This document shows positions 1-8,002 of a DNA stretch of 15,719 nt, piece after piece. The notes under the pieces are model-generated. The model searched no databases. It saw only the letters and a list, made by a program, of their open reading frames with translations, and had not been told where the DNA came from. Source of the stretch: Myxococcota bacterium (lineage in GTDB: Bacteria > Myxococcota > XYA12-FULL-58-9 > JABJBS01); the NCBI GenBank assembly GCA_036339465.1, contig JAYZAY010000037.1:1-15719 (forward strand), in the 5' to 3' direction. A program made the translations under genes and the position numbers. Numbering within the stretch: the stretch's first letter is position 1; each line of letters starts with the position of its first letter.

Positions 1-210
1 TGCTTATTTAGTTTTTTCTACTAACCACGCTGCTTATTTAGTTTTTTCTACTAACCACGCTGCTTATTTAGTTTTTTTAGTTTTTTTTCTACTAACCACG
101 CTGCTTATTTAGTTTTTCTTACTAACCACGCTGCTTATTTAGTTTTTAACCACGCTGCTTATTTAGTTTTTTACTAACCACGCTGCTTATTTAGTTTTTT
201 TTAGTTTTTC
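1..210. repeat. AT-rich tandem array, consensus unit TGCTTATTTAGTTTTTTCTACTAACCACGC (30 bp); 6 complete units plus 1 partial, truncated at the window edge
   Basis: Units read directly: 1-30 and 31-60 (identical), 61-101 (41 bp), 102-131 (30 bp), 132-155 (24 bp), 156-183 (28 bp), 184-210 (partial). The core TAACCACGCTGCTTATTTAGTTTTT is invariant; variation is confined to the T-tract and adjacent bases. Confidence 0.95.
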
Positions 211-295
211 ATTCCCAAACCGCGAAGTCATCTGGTTTGTTATCACGGTGTGTTTCCCCAATGCCCGGCTCAGAAAAGAGGTGGTGGCTAGAGGG

Positions 296-638
296 GCCAA
301 ACCGGGAATCTCCTTTACACATTAAACCGGAGACATCTTTTACACCTCAAAGCTGATAACCCCCCATGACGCCACCAAGTGGATGACCGAACCGGGGCAC
401 TTCAGCATCCCGGGTGGAGGGTAGGGCCTATTTGGGCTTTGTCTCTGCGGCCGAGCCCATGGGCCTAAGGGAGAAAACAACTGGAACATGGCTTGTTTCA
501 TTTATGACTTGAATACAGGTATTGGATATCTAGATGGAGAATCAAAACCATCCTCGATATCGAAGACAACCATAAACAAGGCTCAAAAGTGCAAGGAAGG
601 TCCCCGGTTTAAAACGTAAAGTTGGTTTTGGGTTGCAC
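296..638 (+). mobile_element. Internally deleted, non-autonomous IS481-family-like element (MITE-like remnant)
   Basis: Imperfect inverted repeats 313-345 (CTTTACACATTAAACCGGAGACATCTTTTACAC) and 589-621 match at 24/33 by manual alignment. The left end contains two 22-bp direct sub-repeats (299-320 and 324-345, 17/22 identical) reading TGTAAAnGATGTCnCCGG-like on the minus strand, which I recall from IS481-family ends. The ends enclose a transposase C-terminal remnant. Confidence 0.7.
362..612 (+). pseudogene. Frameshifted C-terminal fragment of an IS481-family transposase
   Basis: Manual translation across three frameshifts: PHDATKWMTEPGHFSIPGG / RAYLGFVSAAEPMGLREKTTGTWLVSFM / GIGYLDGESK / TILDIEDNHKQGSKVQGRSPV*. 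This resembles the IS481-type tail as I recall it (PxHD...G...VGxKE...WLVSFM..DLGY.D...DNPFGPKVLPMSPV*). The stop codon (610-612) lies inside the right inverted repeat. Confidence 0.7.
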
Positions 639-896
639 CGAGAAAGCGGAACGACCGAAGCCCATAACCTGACCCCCGAGAGTCAAAATCATCCAAAATC
701 AAGGTCTTGGCGGATTACTGCGGGTATGGTATCCCCCTTTTCAAGTCTTCCGAAACCGACGATTCGCAGCCCGTAACTGCTTGAAGGTACTTGGATAGCG
801 GGACCTTCCGGTTCACGATGGTGTTGAGCGATGTGATTTCCCCGACGATGACAGACCGAAGATGGTCTCTTTTAACGCAATGGTTGGAACCTCCCC

Positions 897-2447
897 ATGA
901 CAAAACCCAATGGATTCGAATCCCTCAAGCTTCGCAGCGAACTCCTCGAAAATCTGCCCTCACTCGGCTACGAACATATGACGACGATCCAAGCCGAGTC
1001 CCTTCCCGTGATTCTCAAGGGGCAGGATGTTTTGGCGCGGGCCAAAACCGGGAGTGGCAAAACCGCGGCCTTTGCCTTGGGCGCGCTCAATAAAATCAAT
1101 CCCACTCTCCCCAAGGTTCAGTCTCTGATTCTCTGCCCCACCCGTGAGCTGGCCAATCAAGTCACCGAGGAAACCCGGCGCCTCGCGAAACGAATTCCCA
1201 ACGTGAGGGTGCTGAGTCTCTGCGGTGGTCATCCCATGGGGCCTCAAATTGGGTCGTTAAAGCGGGGGGCGCATATTGTGGTGGGAACTCCAGGCCGTTT
1301 GTTGAAACATCTTGAAAAAGAAACCCTGGTTCTTGGCGGGGTGAGCACCCTGATTCTCGACGAAGCTGACCGAATGCTCGATATGGGGTTTACCGAAGAG
1401 ATTGAAAGTATCCTTGAGTATGTTCCGCGCAAGCGCCAAACACTTCTTTTCTCCGCCACCTATCACGATGCCATTGCCGACATGAGCGACGAGCTCCAAG
1501 AGGCGGCGGTGGAAATCGATGTTAGCGACCTCGAAACCCCAGCGGAGATTGAACAATATTGGAGTGAGGCTGAGCATGAAGACCGTCTTGATAATCTGCA
1601 TCAAGCCATCGAGCATTGGGGCGGAACCCTCAACATTGTTTTCTGCAATACGAAATTGGAATGCACAGAAATCGCCAAATATTTGGTGGAGGAAAATATT
1701 GTAGCCCTCGCCATTCACGGTGACCTCGAACAATTTGAGCGCACCACTGCTCTCATCCAATTTTCCAATGAAAGTGCCACTGTTTTGGTGGCGACGGATG
1801 TGGCCGCCCGGGGCTTGGATATCGGAAAAGTTGATGTGGTGTTTAACTATGAGTTGCCCAAGCAGCCGGAAGTCTATGTGCACCGAATCGGCCGGACAGG
1901 TCGAGCCGGTCGTAAGGGTCGGGCGGTGAGTTTGGTGACCTCGCGGGAGATGCGACGACTCAAGGAAATTGAGAAGCAATTTCCCGATCACGACATCGAA
2001 GAGTTTAGTGCCGAGAGTATGTCGGGTCGAGCCAACGCATTGATTCCGCCCATGGTCACCATCGAAATTAATGGAGGCCGACGAAACAAACTCAGACCCG
2101 GCGACTTTTTGGGCACACTTACTTCCACCCAAGCTATTCCCGGCAGTGCCGTGGGTAAAATCGATGTTTTGGAGAGTAAGACTTTTGTGGCCATCAAAAA
2201 GGAAAATCAATCCCAGGCAGTTCGGATTTTGAATCAGGAAATGATTAAAGGCAACGCTTATCGAGCCCGGAGTTTGAGCAAAGGCGCCAAGTGGGAAAAT
2301 AAGAGCCGTGGAAATCACCGGAATCGGAACCGGCCCAACCACCGGCCCCAAAGCAGCAATGGGGCTCAGCCCACCCCAAGACCCCAAAGCAGCAATCGGG
2401 TTCAGGGCAAAAACCCATGGGGGGCCTGGAAAACCAACGACCGCTGA
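897..2447 (+). CDS. dbpA: ATP-dependent DEAD-box RNA helicase DbpA (23S rRNA-associated)
   Basis: Q motif (GYEHMTTIQ), motif I AKTGSGKT, PTRELA, GTPGR, DEAD, SAT, ARGLD and HRIGRTGRAG are present. The C-terminal DbpA RNA-binding domain (INGGRRNKLRPGDFLGTL...VGKIDV...FVAI) is followed by a basic low-complexity tail. Confidence 0.93.
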   Translation: MTKPNGFESLKLRSELLENLPSLGYEHMTTIQAESLPVILKGQDVLARAKTGSGKTAAFALGALNKINPTLPKVQSLILCPTRELANQVTEETRRLAKRIPNVRVLSLCGGHPMGPQIGSLKRGAHIVVGTPGRLLKHLEKETLVLGGVSTLILDEADRMLDMGFTEEIESILEYVPRKRQTLLFSATYHDAIADMSDELQEAAVEIDVSDLETPAEIEQYWSEAEHEDRLDNLHQAIEHWGGTLNIVFCNTKLECTEIAKYLVEENIVALAIHGDLEQFERTTALIQFSNESATVLVATDVAARGLDIGKVDVVFNYELPKQPEVYVHRIGRTGRAGRKGRAVSLVTSREMRRLKEIEKQFPDHDIEEFSAESMSGRANALIPPMVTIEINGGRRNKLRPGDFLGTLTSTQAIPGSAVGKIDVLESKTFVAIKKENQSQAVRILNQEMIKGNAYRARSLSKGAKWENKSRGNHRNRNRPNHRPQSSNGAQPTPRPQSSNRVQGKNPWGAWKTNDR

Positions 2448-2452
2448 CCGCA

Positions 2453-2510
2453 ACTCGATACCCGTCACTCGATTACTCGATTACTCAATTACTCAATTAC
2501 TCAATACCCG
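2453..2510. repeat. Octamer microsatellite (ACTCRATT/A) x5 plus one upstream copy
   Basis: ACTCGATT at 2467-2474 and 2475-2482, ACTCAATT at 2483-2490 and 2491-2498, ACTCAATA at 2499-2506. ACTCRATACCCG occurs at both 2453-2464 and 2499-2510. Confidence 0.9.
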
Positions 2511-2629
2511 GTTTTGTCGGGGCTCTTTGTGACGGGGGAATCCGCGGCTTTAATGTGGCTGCTACTTTAACGTAAAATCGATATTGTTCTGGTAAGGGCT
2601 AAAGATTTCACGTTATAGTTTCGGCAGTC

Positions 2630-4888
2630 ATGGGGTATGGCCTGTGGGGGCAGACAGGTAGACAGCTTTTTTTTGGGGGGCGGGTGTTTCGAGAACTTGC
2701 ATTGCGGATAGGTGGCCTGGCCCTAATTGGGGGGCTTCTACTTGCGATCCCAAGCCTTGGGTATGGGGCAGGTTCATCGGATTCTATTGAACAACACCTC
2801 CAAGAGATTTGGGGTTTAGCCGAAGAGGAATTCGTTGAGGTAACGGTGGTTTCAGCCACCAAGACTGCGCAATCGCTTCAGCAAGCTCCAGCGGTTATGA
2901 CGGTGATTACGCAGAAAGAACTCAAGCGATGGGGGTATTCAACCCTAGCGGAGGTTCTCGAGCACACGGTAGGCTTTTATGTGGTGGATGACCATATCAC
3001 ACCGAATGTGGCTGTTCGTGGGATTGCTGATGGTTTGCGGGGAGAGAGCAGTATCATTAAGGTGATGGTGGATGGACACCCCATCGCTTATCGCCCGACC
3101 TCAGGTAATTGGTTAGGGGCAGAACTCATTCCGCTGGGGATGATTCGCCAAATTGAGATCATCCGGGGCCCGGCCTCAGCGCTTTATGGCGCGGATGCTT
3201 TTATGGGTGTTATCAATATCATTACCCGCAAGACATTTGACGAAGCCGCCATTGCAATCAGTGGCAACAAGGTCGAACGAGCCTCCAATTATGGGTTTGA
3301 TGTCGATGGAAGTTGGGGCAAGCGCTTTGGCGATCTGCACGTGGTTTCTAGTGTGCGGTATCACCAAGAAGATCGCTCAGGAATGGTTTTGCCGATCACT
3401 TCACCTGCACCGTCCATTCCTGCGTATTCTGAAACCTATGGTGATCAAGGTGAGCTTACATGGAGGAAGGAGGCTTCTGGGCTTACGCAAAACTCGCTGG
3501 TTGGATTGGCCCAACTGAGGTATCAGGTGGGCCCTGAAAGTTATATCTCCGGGGGTGGCTATTATTCGATGCAAAAACGGGGAGGCGAATTTGCTGAATG
3601 GACTCAGCTCAGCCATAGCAGTGACGAAAATGGCACTTCCCACGGAACCCAAATTTCGCGCATGCATGGTGCGGTTTTTCTAGATGCCCTCTTCAATCCA
3701 GCGCAACATTTATCATTCACGGTAAGTGGCACCGGGTTTTATGGCGGTGACCAAGGAGACGGAAAGGTTGAAGTCGCAAATCCCAATTACCATATTACCC
3801 AGGTTTCGAAATTTGAGGGTGGAGATTTGCAGCTTGGATTTCGGTGGAGTCCAGGGACTTCTGTAACAGTGGTGGGCGAAACCGGATTAAGCTACGACCG
3901 CGAGCATCTACCCGAAACCAATCTGGTGCTGAAACGTGCGGGGGAAATTTTCGAAAAAGACGATAAAATAATGTTGGTGGCCAGTAGCGTAAGGTCTCTA
4001 TGGAATCCGGGGGCTTTACTTCAAGCCACTTGGGAGGCCATTGCCCAGCGACTGACATTGACGGCAGGAATGCGCTACGATTATCATAATATCTACGGAA
4101 ATCAGTTGAGTGGGCGTGTGGGCTTGGTTGGCTCTCCTGAAAAGTGGCTCATATTGAAACTTCTATATGGGAGCGCTTTTAAGGCACCCTCACCGCAGCT
4201 TCTCTACGGGGTGCCCATACGGGCTGGGGATGTACTTGGGAATCCGGATTTGCGACCGCAGTTTGTTCAAACTATTGAGGGGCAGATATTTTACAAACCC
4301 ACCACTTTCTTTTCGCTAACGTCGAATTTGGCTTACAACTATCTTAAGGATAAAGCAGAATTTTCGCTTCAGGGGCTTAACCGTGTGGCCCGAAATGTTG
4401 CTGCAACAGCCACCTTGGTTTTTGAAGAAACGATTGAGGCGCATTATAAGAATTGGTTTGGGGGATATCTCAAGTATGAGCAGGTGTGGGCTAAGCGGGA
4501 TCTTGGGCTTAAGGGCTATCAGGCGAGTGTGCTTGGGCGTGAAAATGCGGTTTATCCAAAATTGCAAGTTCGCGCAGGTGTATGGACTCAGATGCCACCT
4601 CTTTACTTGCGGTTGTGTGTTCAAGGGCGGTATGTGGGCAAGCGAAGGGCCAGTGATATGAATATCTTAGAGCGGGGAGATCAAGGCCCTTACGATATTG
4701 ATCCCTATTCGGTTGTGGATGTGATGATCTCCTCATTTGGATTGTCACTTGGAGATTCCAAAGATCTGGATCTTCAGCTGGTGGCTAAAAACCTACTTAA
4801 TACCCAAGCGATTTATCCAGGAGTTGCGGGCATTGATTATCCCCATCTTCCGAGAACCTTTGTGGCAAAATTAGATTTACGTTTTTAG
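2630..4888 (+). CDS. TonB-dependent outer-membrane receptor (plug plus beta-barrel); start codon uncertain and may lie slightly downstream
   Basis: Hydrophobic signal-like segment, TonB-box-like EVTVVSATK, plug motifs (APAVMTVIT, VMVDG, IRQIEIIRGPASALYGADAFMGVINIIT), barrel motifs (AGMRYD, YGSAFKAPS, GNPDLRP, KNLLN, PRTF) and terminal Phe. Confidence 0.92.
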   Translation: MGYGLWGQTGRQLFFGGRVFRELALRIGGLALIGGLLLAIPSLGYGAGSSDSIEQHLQEIWGLAEEEFVEVTVVSATKTAQSLQQAPAVMTVITQKELKRWGYSTLAEVLEHTVGFYVVDDHITPNVAVRGIADGLRGESSIIKVMVDGHPIAYRPTSGNWLGAELIPLGMIRQIEIIRGPASALYGADAFMGVINIITRKTFDEAAIAISGNKVERASNYGFDVDGSWGKRFGDLHVVSSVRYHQEDRSGMVLPITSPAPSIPAYSETYGDQGELTWRKEASGLTQNSLVGLAQLRYQVGPESYISGGGYYSMQKRGGEFAEWTQLSHSSDENGTSHGTQISRMHGAVFLDALFNPAQHLSFTVSGTGFYGGDQGDGKVEVANPNYHITQVSKFEGGDLQLGFRWSPGTSVTVVGETGLSYDREHLPETNLVLKRAGEIFEKDDKIMLVASSVRSLWNPGALLQATWEAIAQRLTLTAGMRYDYHNIYGNQLSGRVGLVGSPEKWLILKLLYGSAFKAPSPQLLYGVPIRAGDVLGNPDLRPQFVQTIEGQIFYKPTTFFSLTSNLAYNYLKDKAEFSLQGLNRVARNVAATATLVFEETIEAHYKNWFGGYLKYEQVWAKRDLGLKGYQASVLGRENAVYPKLQVRAGVWTQMPPLYLRLCVQGRYVGKRRASDMNILERGDQGPYDIDPYSVVDVMISSFGLSLGDSKDLDLQLVAKNLLNTQAIYPGVAGIDYPHLPRTFVAKLDLRF

Positions 4889-4952
4889 AGCGGTCAATGA
4901 TTTTGGATTTTAAGACTGAATGCGCTTCGGGCGCAGTAGAAAGGAAATCAAG

Positions 4953-6344
4953 ATGAAAAAACTAAAGTTATGGACTGTCTCTATCTTCGCTTTTGGATTG
5001 GTGTTCAATCACGTGGCGTGTTCGGAGCAAGATGATTCCGGTGATACCACCACAGCCACAGATACTTCTTCTGCCGAGGAGAAGCAGGTCAACCTTCTTA
5101 TGGTTGCCCCTCTTACCGGCACAGCAGCATCGACGGGAGAAGCGATGCGCAATGGTTCTAAGTTGCGGTGGTCTGAAAATAATTTCATGATAGGTGACTA
5201 CAAAATCAATCTTGTCGAGGTTGATTCAGAATCTGATGCCTTAGGTATTGATTCGGCGTCGCCTGATATCGGTGCGAAGTACCGAGCGGCGGTCGAAGAG
5301 CATCAACCGGTTGCGGGATTTTTAAATTGGCACAGCGGCATTGCTCTCGAGTTAATGGATATCGACGCTGAGTATAATTTGCCCCACCTTTTTGGCTTGG
5401 GGGCATCGGGTTTGGTCAATGACAAGTATCATTCAGACCCCAAATATAAAGTATGGGGGGGCAAAGGTTGGCCACAGCCAGCCGCGTATATCCTAAGCTA
5501 TTTCGATGCCCTTCAATGTTCACTGAGCGAAAGCTGTACGGAATTAACCCGCGAGGGGGGTGTTTGGAATCCATCGACTCAATACGTGATGGTCGCTACT
5601 GAAAGCGGTGCATGGGGTGAATCGTTTGAGACCGGAGCGATTGGGGTTTTAGAAGCGCAAGATGGTTATTGGAAAAAGAATGGTTGGACTGTGGCCCTTA
5701 AAATGAAGGTCGATGCAGATATGGATGCTAGCACCTTAACGGCCAAGGTCAAAGAAGCAGAGACTGCCAACGTCTCTTTGGTGGTCATGAGCAGCACTGC
5801 AGACAATGCCAATCAGTTTCTCAATTTACTGCGTGCGAAATTGCCGAATGTGGTGATTATTACGGAGGGGCTTGGGTGGGGTGGGAATCCTGGAACCACG
5901 GCGGCTCGGGTGTTAGATGGCGGCTGGGGTCCGTATAATCCAGACCCAGCTGTGGCTCAAAAATTATCGGATTTTAAGAGTAACTATGAGCTTGAATATG
6001 GGACCAAGCCACCTGTGGCGTCGGCGGGCTTTAGTTACGACTATACCTCATTTACCATTGCCGTTTTAGAGCGGGCCTTGGCCAAACATGGAGAGCTTAC
6101 GCGGGCTTCTATCCTTGATATCTCGACCACTGAAGTTCAAAGCGGTCTGTTGACTTTGAAAGATGGGGTGGTGATGCCAGAATATCAATATACTTCTGAG
6201 AGTGTTCCTGATCCGGAGTATTCTCTCTCGAAATATTATTTTCCAGTTTTGCAATACCAACTAAATGATGCCGGTGAGATCGAGGCGAAAACGATTTATC
6301 CCAAGAGCATGGCCGACGCGTCTTATCAGACCCCCGGAAACTAA
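4953..6344 (+). CDS. Type I periplasmic-binding-fold (LivJ/LivK-like) substrate-binding lipoprotein
   Basis: ATG 4953 follows AAGGAA and gives MKKLKL, a hydrophobic stretch and lipobox-like VAC|S. An acidic/Thr-rich linker precedes APLTGTAASTGEAMRNG and INLVEVDSESD; a C-terminal A(G)FSYD motif is present. The ORF-track start at 4920 is probably too early. Confidence 0.8.
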   Translation: MKKLKLWTVSIFAFGLVFNHVACSEQDDSGDTTTATDTSSAEEKQVNLLMVAPLTGTAASTGEAMRNGSKLRWSENNFMIGDYKINLVEVDSESDALGIDSASPDIGAKYRAAVEEHQPVAGFLNWHSGIALELMDIDAEYNLPHLFGLGASGLVNDKYHSDPKYKVWGGKGWPQPAAYILSYFDALQCSLSESCTELTREGGVWNPSTQYVMVATESGAWGESFETGAIGVLEAQDGYWKKNGWTVALKMKVDADMDASTLTAKVKEAETANVSLVVMSSTADNANQFLNLLRAKLPNVVIITEGLGWGGNPGTTAARVLDGGWGPYNPDPAVAQKLSDFKSNYELEYGTKPPVASAGFSYDYTSFTIAVLERALAKHGELTRASILDISTTEVQSGLLTLKDGVVMPEYQYTSESVPDPEYSLSKYYFPVLQYQLNDAGEIEAKTIYPKSMADASYQTPGN

Positions 6345-6347
6345 ACC

Positions 6348-7625
6348 ATGGCGACGGCAATTCACCAGGGTTTGAGGCTTTATTACCAACATTTAGCCAT
6401 AAGCACGACCTTGGCTCTCTTTTTGAGTATGGGTTGTATTGAGGTACCTCAAAAAGATGAAACCGGTGCTATCCGCATAGGGGCACTGCTTCCGTTTACC
6501 GGGGAGCAGGCCGCTTCGGGGTTTAATTTAGAGCGGCCGCTGCTGATGGCGGTGGATGTCATCAACGAGGCGGGTGGTATTGCAGGTAAGGAGGTGGTGT
6601 TAATCGCCGAAGATTCAAATGCGATGTTTAAGGAAGTTGAAAATTGGGACCTCAATAAGGAAATTGTCACGGCCTGGATTGAGAAAGAGGATTTGCAGGC
6701 GGTGATTGGTCCAATGATTCCCGAGCTAAGTAAGCGCCTCGGTAGTGCGTTTCGAAAAGCAGAGGTGATTCATCTTTCGGGAACTGTGAATGCCCACTCA
6801 AATTTGGAGGCTACTTTAACCTGCTCATTTAATTTTCTTCCTTCATTTAAGCAGCTCGGTCAAGCGCTTGCGGCGCGCATGGTGGAGGACGGAATCACAA
6901 CCGCAGGGCTGATTTATTTAACCGACGATTATGGGGAAAAACTCGCCGACCAAATCTCTTCAGAATTCACATCGAGAGACGGAAAAATAACCGATATCAG
7001 CGCCACCCAATTGGGTAAGTTAAGTTATGTTCCAGATATTACCAATGCCCTGGCAAATTCTCCAGAAGGTTTGGTTTTGGTTTCCTATCCCAAAACAGGT
7101 TCGGATATTGTCATTGATTCGATGATGTCAACAATGAAGAGGCCGCAGTGGTATTTTTCGCCTTCGCTGCGGGTTTCTGATTTTATTGTGAATGTGCCCC
7201 CAGGTCAGCTTGAGGGGGCGGTAGGGGTGGCACCGGGCTTGGGTGATAGGGCGCAGGTATTTCGTGAACTTTACGAATCTTTGTGGTCGGGCTCTCCGCT
7301 CCTTGATGGCTATTACTATTATGATTCCATCTTAGCCCTTAGTTTGGCAATGGCGGCGGCGGCGCGTGAAAATAATGGCACACCCACTTGGAAGGCAATT
7401 TGCGAAAATATGCAGGCAGTGTCTGCGGTTGGTCTCAAGGTTGATTGGAGAAATATGGCAGAGGGTTTTAAGGCCATAGCGAACGGTGAAGATGTGGATT
7501 ACGATGGCTTAGCTGGGCCTCTTAGTTTGGACGACCAAGGTGATTTGGTCGATGGTTGGTTAGAGCTTTGGCGCATTCATGACAATAAGATAATCACCGA
7601 CAGTCGCCATGAACTCACCCAGTAA
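6348..7625 (+). CDS. Branched-chain amino acid ABC-type (LivJ/LivK-like) substrate-binding protein, probable lipoprotein
   Basis: IRIGALLPFTG...LMAVDVINEAGGIAGKEVVLIAEDS, AVIGP, DDYG, YYYYDS and DYDGLAGPLSLDDQGD motifs. Lipobox-like SMG|C. Starts 3 bp after the previous stop. Confidence 0.88.
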   Translation: MATAIHQGLRLYYQHLAISTTLALFLSMGCIEVPQKDETGAIRIGALLPFTGEQAASGFNLERPLLMAVDVINEAGGIAGKEVVLIAEDSNAMFKEVENWDLNKEIVTAWIEKEDLQAVIGPMIPELSKRLGSAFRKAEVIHLSGTVNAHSNLEATLTCSFNFLPSFKQLGQALAARMVEDGITTAGLIYLTDDYGEKLADQISSEFTSRDGKITDISATQLGKLSYVPDITNALANSPEGLVLVSYPKTGSDIVIDSMMSTMKRPQWYFSPSLRVSDFIVNVPPGQLEGAVGVAPGLGDRAQVFRELYESLWSGSPLLDGYYYYDSILALSLAMAAAARENNGTPTWKAICENMQAVSAVGLKVDWRNMAEGFKAIANGEDVDYDGLAGPLSLDDQGDLVDGWLELWRIHDNKIITDSRHELTQ

Positions 7626-7976
7626 GGATGAACAATCCATAGTCGACTTACGCCTGCACTAAGGTGTGATTCGGATTCAATTTCTTTACTTTACACCGGA
7701 TTTCTAATTATGGTAATCGAAAAAATCAGGGTTCGGTTTGGAATTGGGAATTCCATTTCGTCTCCTGAGAGGTCGCGTCGATAGGCCGACTTACTTCGCA
7801 TCAGCTATCAAGGGGACTCTTGTCGGTGACAAAGAAAAACAGGTTGCAGAAATTGGGCGCAAGCGCGGTGTTGAGTAACTTGGGTTACCTGCTTGCGCTT
7901 GAACATCGCGGCTACGTTTTGGCTGGCCTGTTGACGTGTGAACGAGTCCCACAATCGGCAACAGAAGCCCACAGGG

Positions 7977-8002
7977 TTATTTGGCAGGCTTATTTGGCAG
8001 GC
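7977..8002. repeat. Perfect 13-bp tandem duplication (TTATTTGGCAGGC)x2 upstream of the dehydrogenase operon
   Basis: Read directly at 7977-7989 and 7990-8002. Confidence 0.85.

Noticed and set aside
1..210. CRISPR array or repeat-protein CDS
   Set aside because: The inter-core segments are very short T-rich variants rather than unique spacers, and there are no cas genes in the window. One plus frame reads AYLVFSTNHA per 30-bp unit, but the 41- and 28-bp units break the frame.
770..805. CGTAACTGCTTGAAGGTACTTGGATAGCGGGA, reminiscent of an att site with a reverse-complement tRNA 3' end
   Set aside because: The match to a tRNA end is short and imperfect, and there is no integrase or second copy in the window.
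715..1093. Short ORFs 715-903 (-) and 791-1093 (+)
   Set aside because: No recognisable motifs, and both overlap the dbpA start.
1257..2468. 403-aa antisense ORF opposite dbpA
   Set aside because: Shadow ORF of a conserved gene with no domain signature. The same applies to the other nested or antisense ORFs in the track, such as 9184-9645, 10704-11138 and 13877-14431.
4921..4935. Hairpin TGCGC-TTCGG-GCGCA between the TBDR and the first lipoprotein gene
   Set aside because: A 5-bp stem with no U-tract is insufficient to call a terminator.
7757..7805. Glycine riboswitch (minus strand shows CGAAG...CTCTCAGG) near a GcvT-family gene
   Set aside because: It is on the wrong strand for the operon, and the upstream GGAGA element and paired stems are not evident. 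An Rfam scan would settle it.
7937..7953. CRP-like site TGTGA...CCACA (tempting given the nearby cyclase)
   Set aside because: The spacer is 7 bp instead of 6 and the second half-site is mismatched.
7982..7998. Sigma-54 promoter (TGGCAGG...TTGGC)
   Set aside because: The GG-to-GC spacing does not fit the strict -24/-12 geometry.
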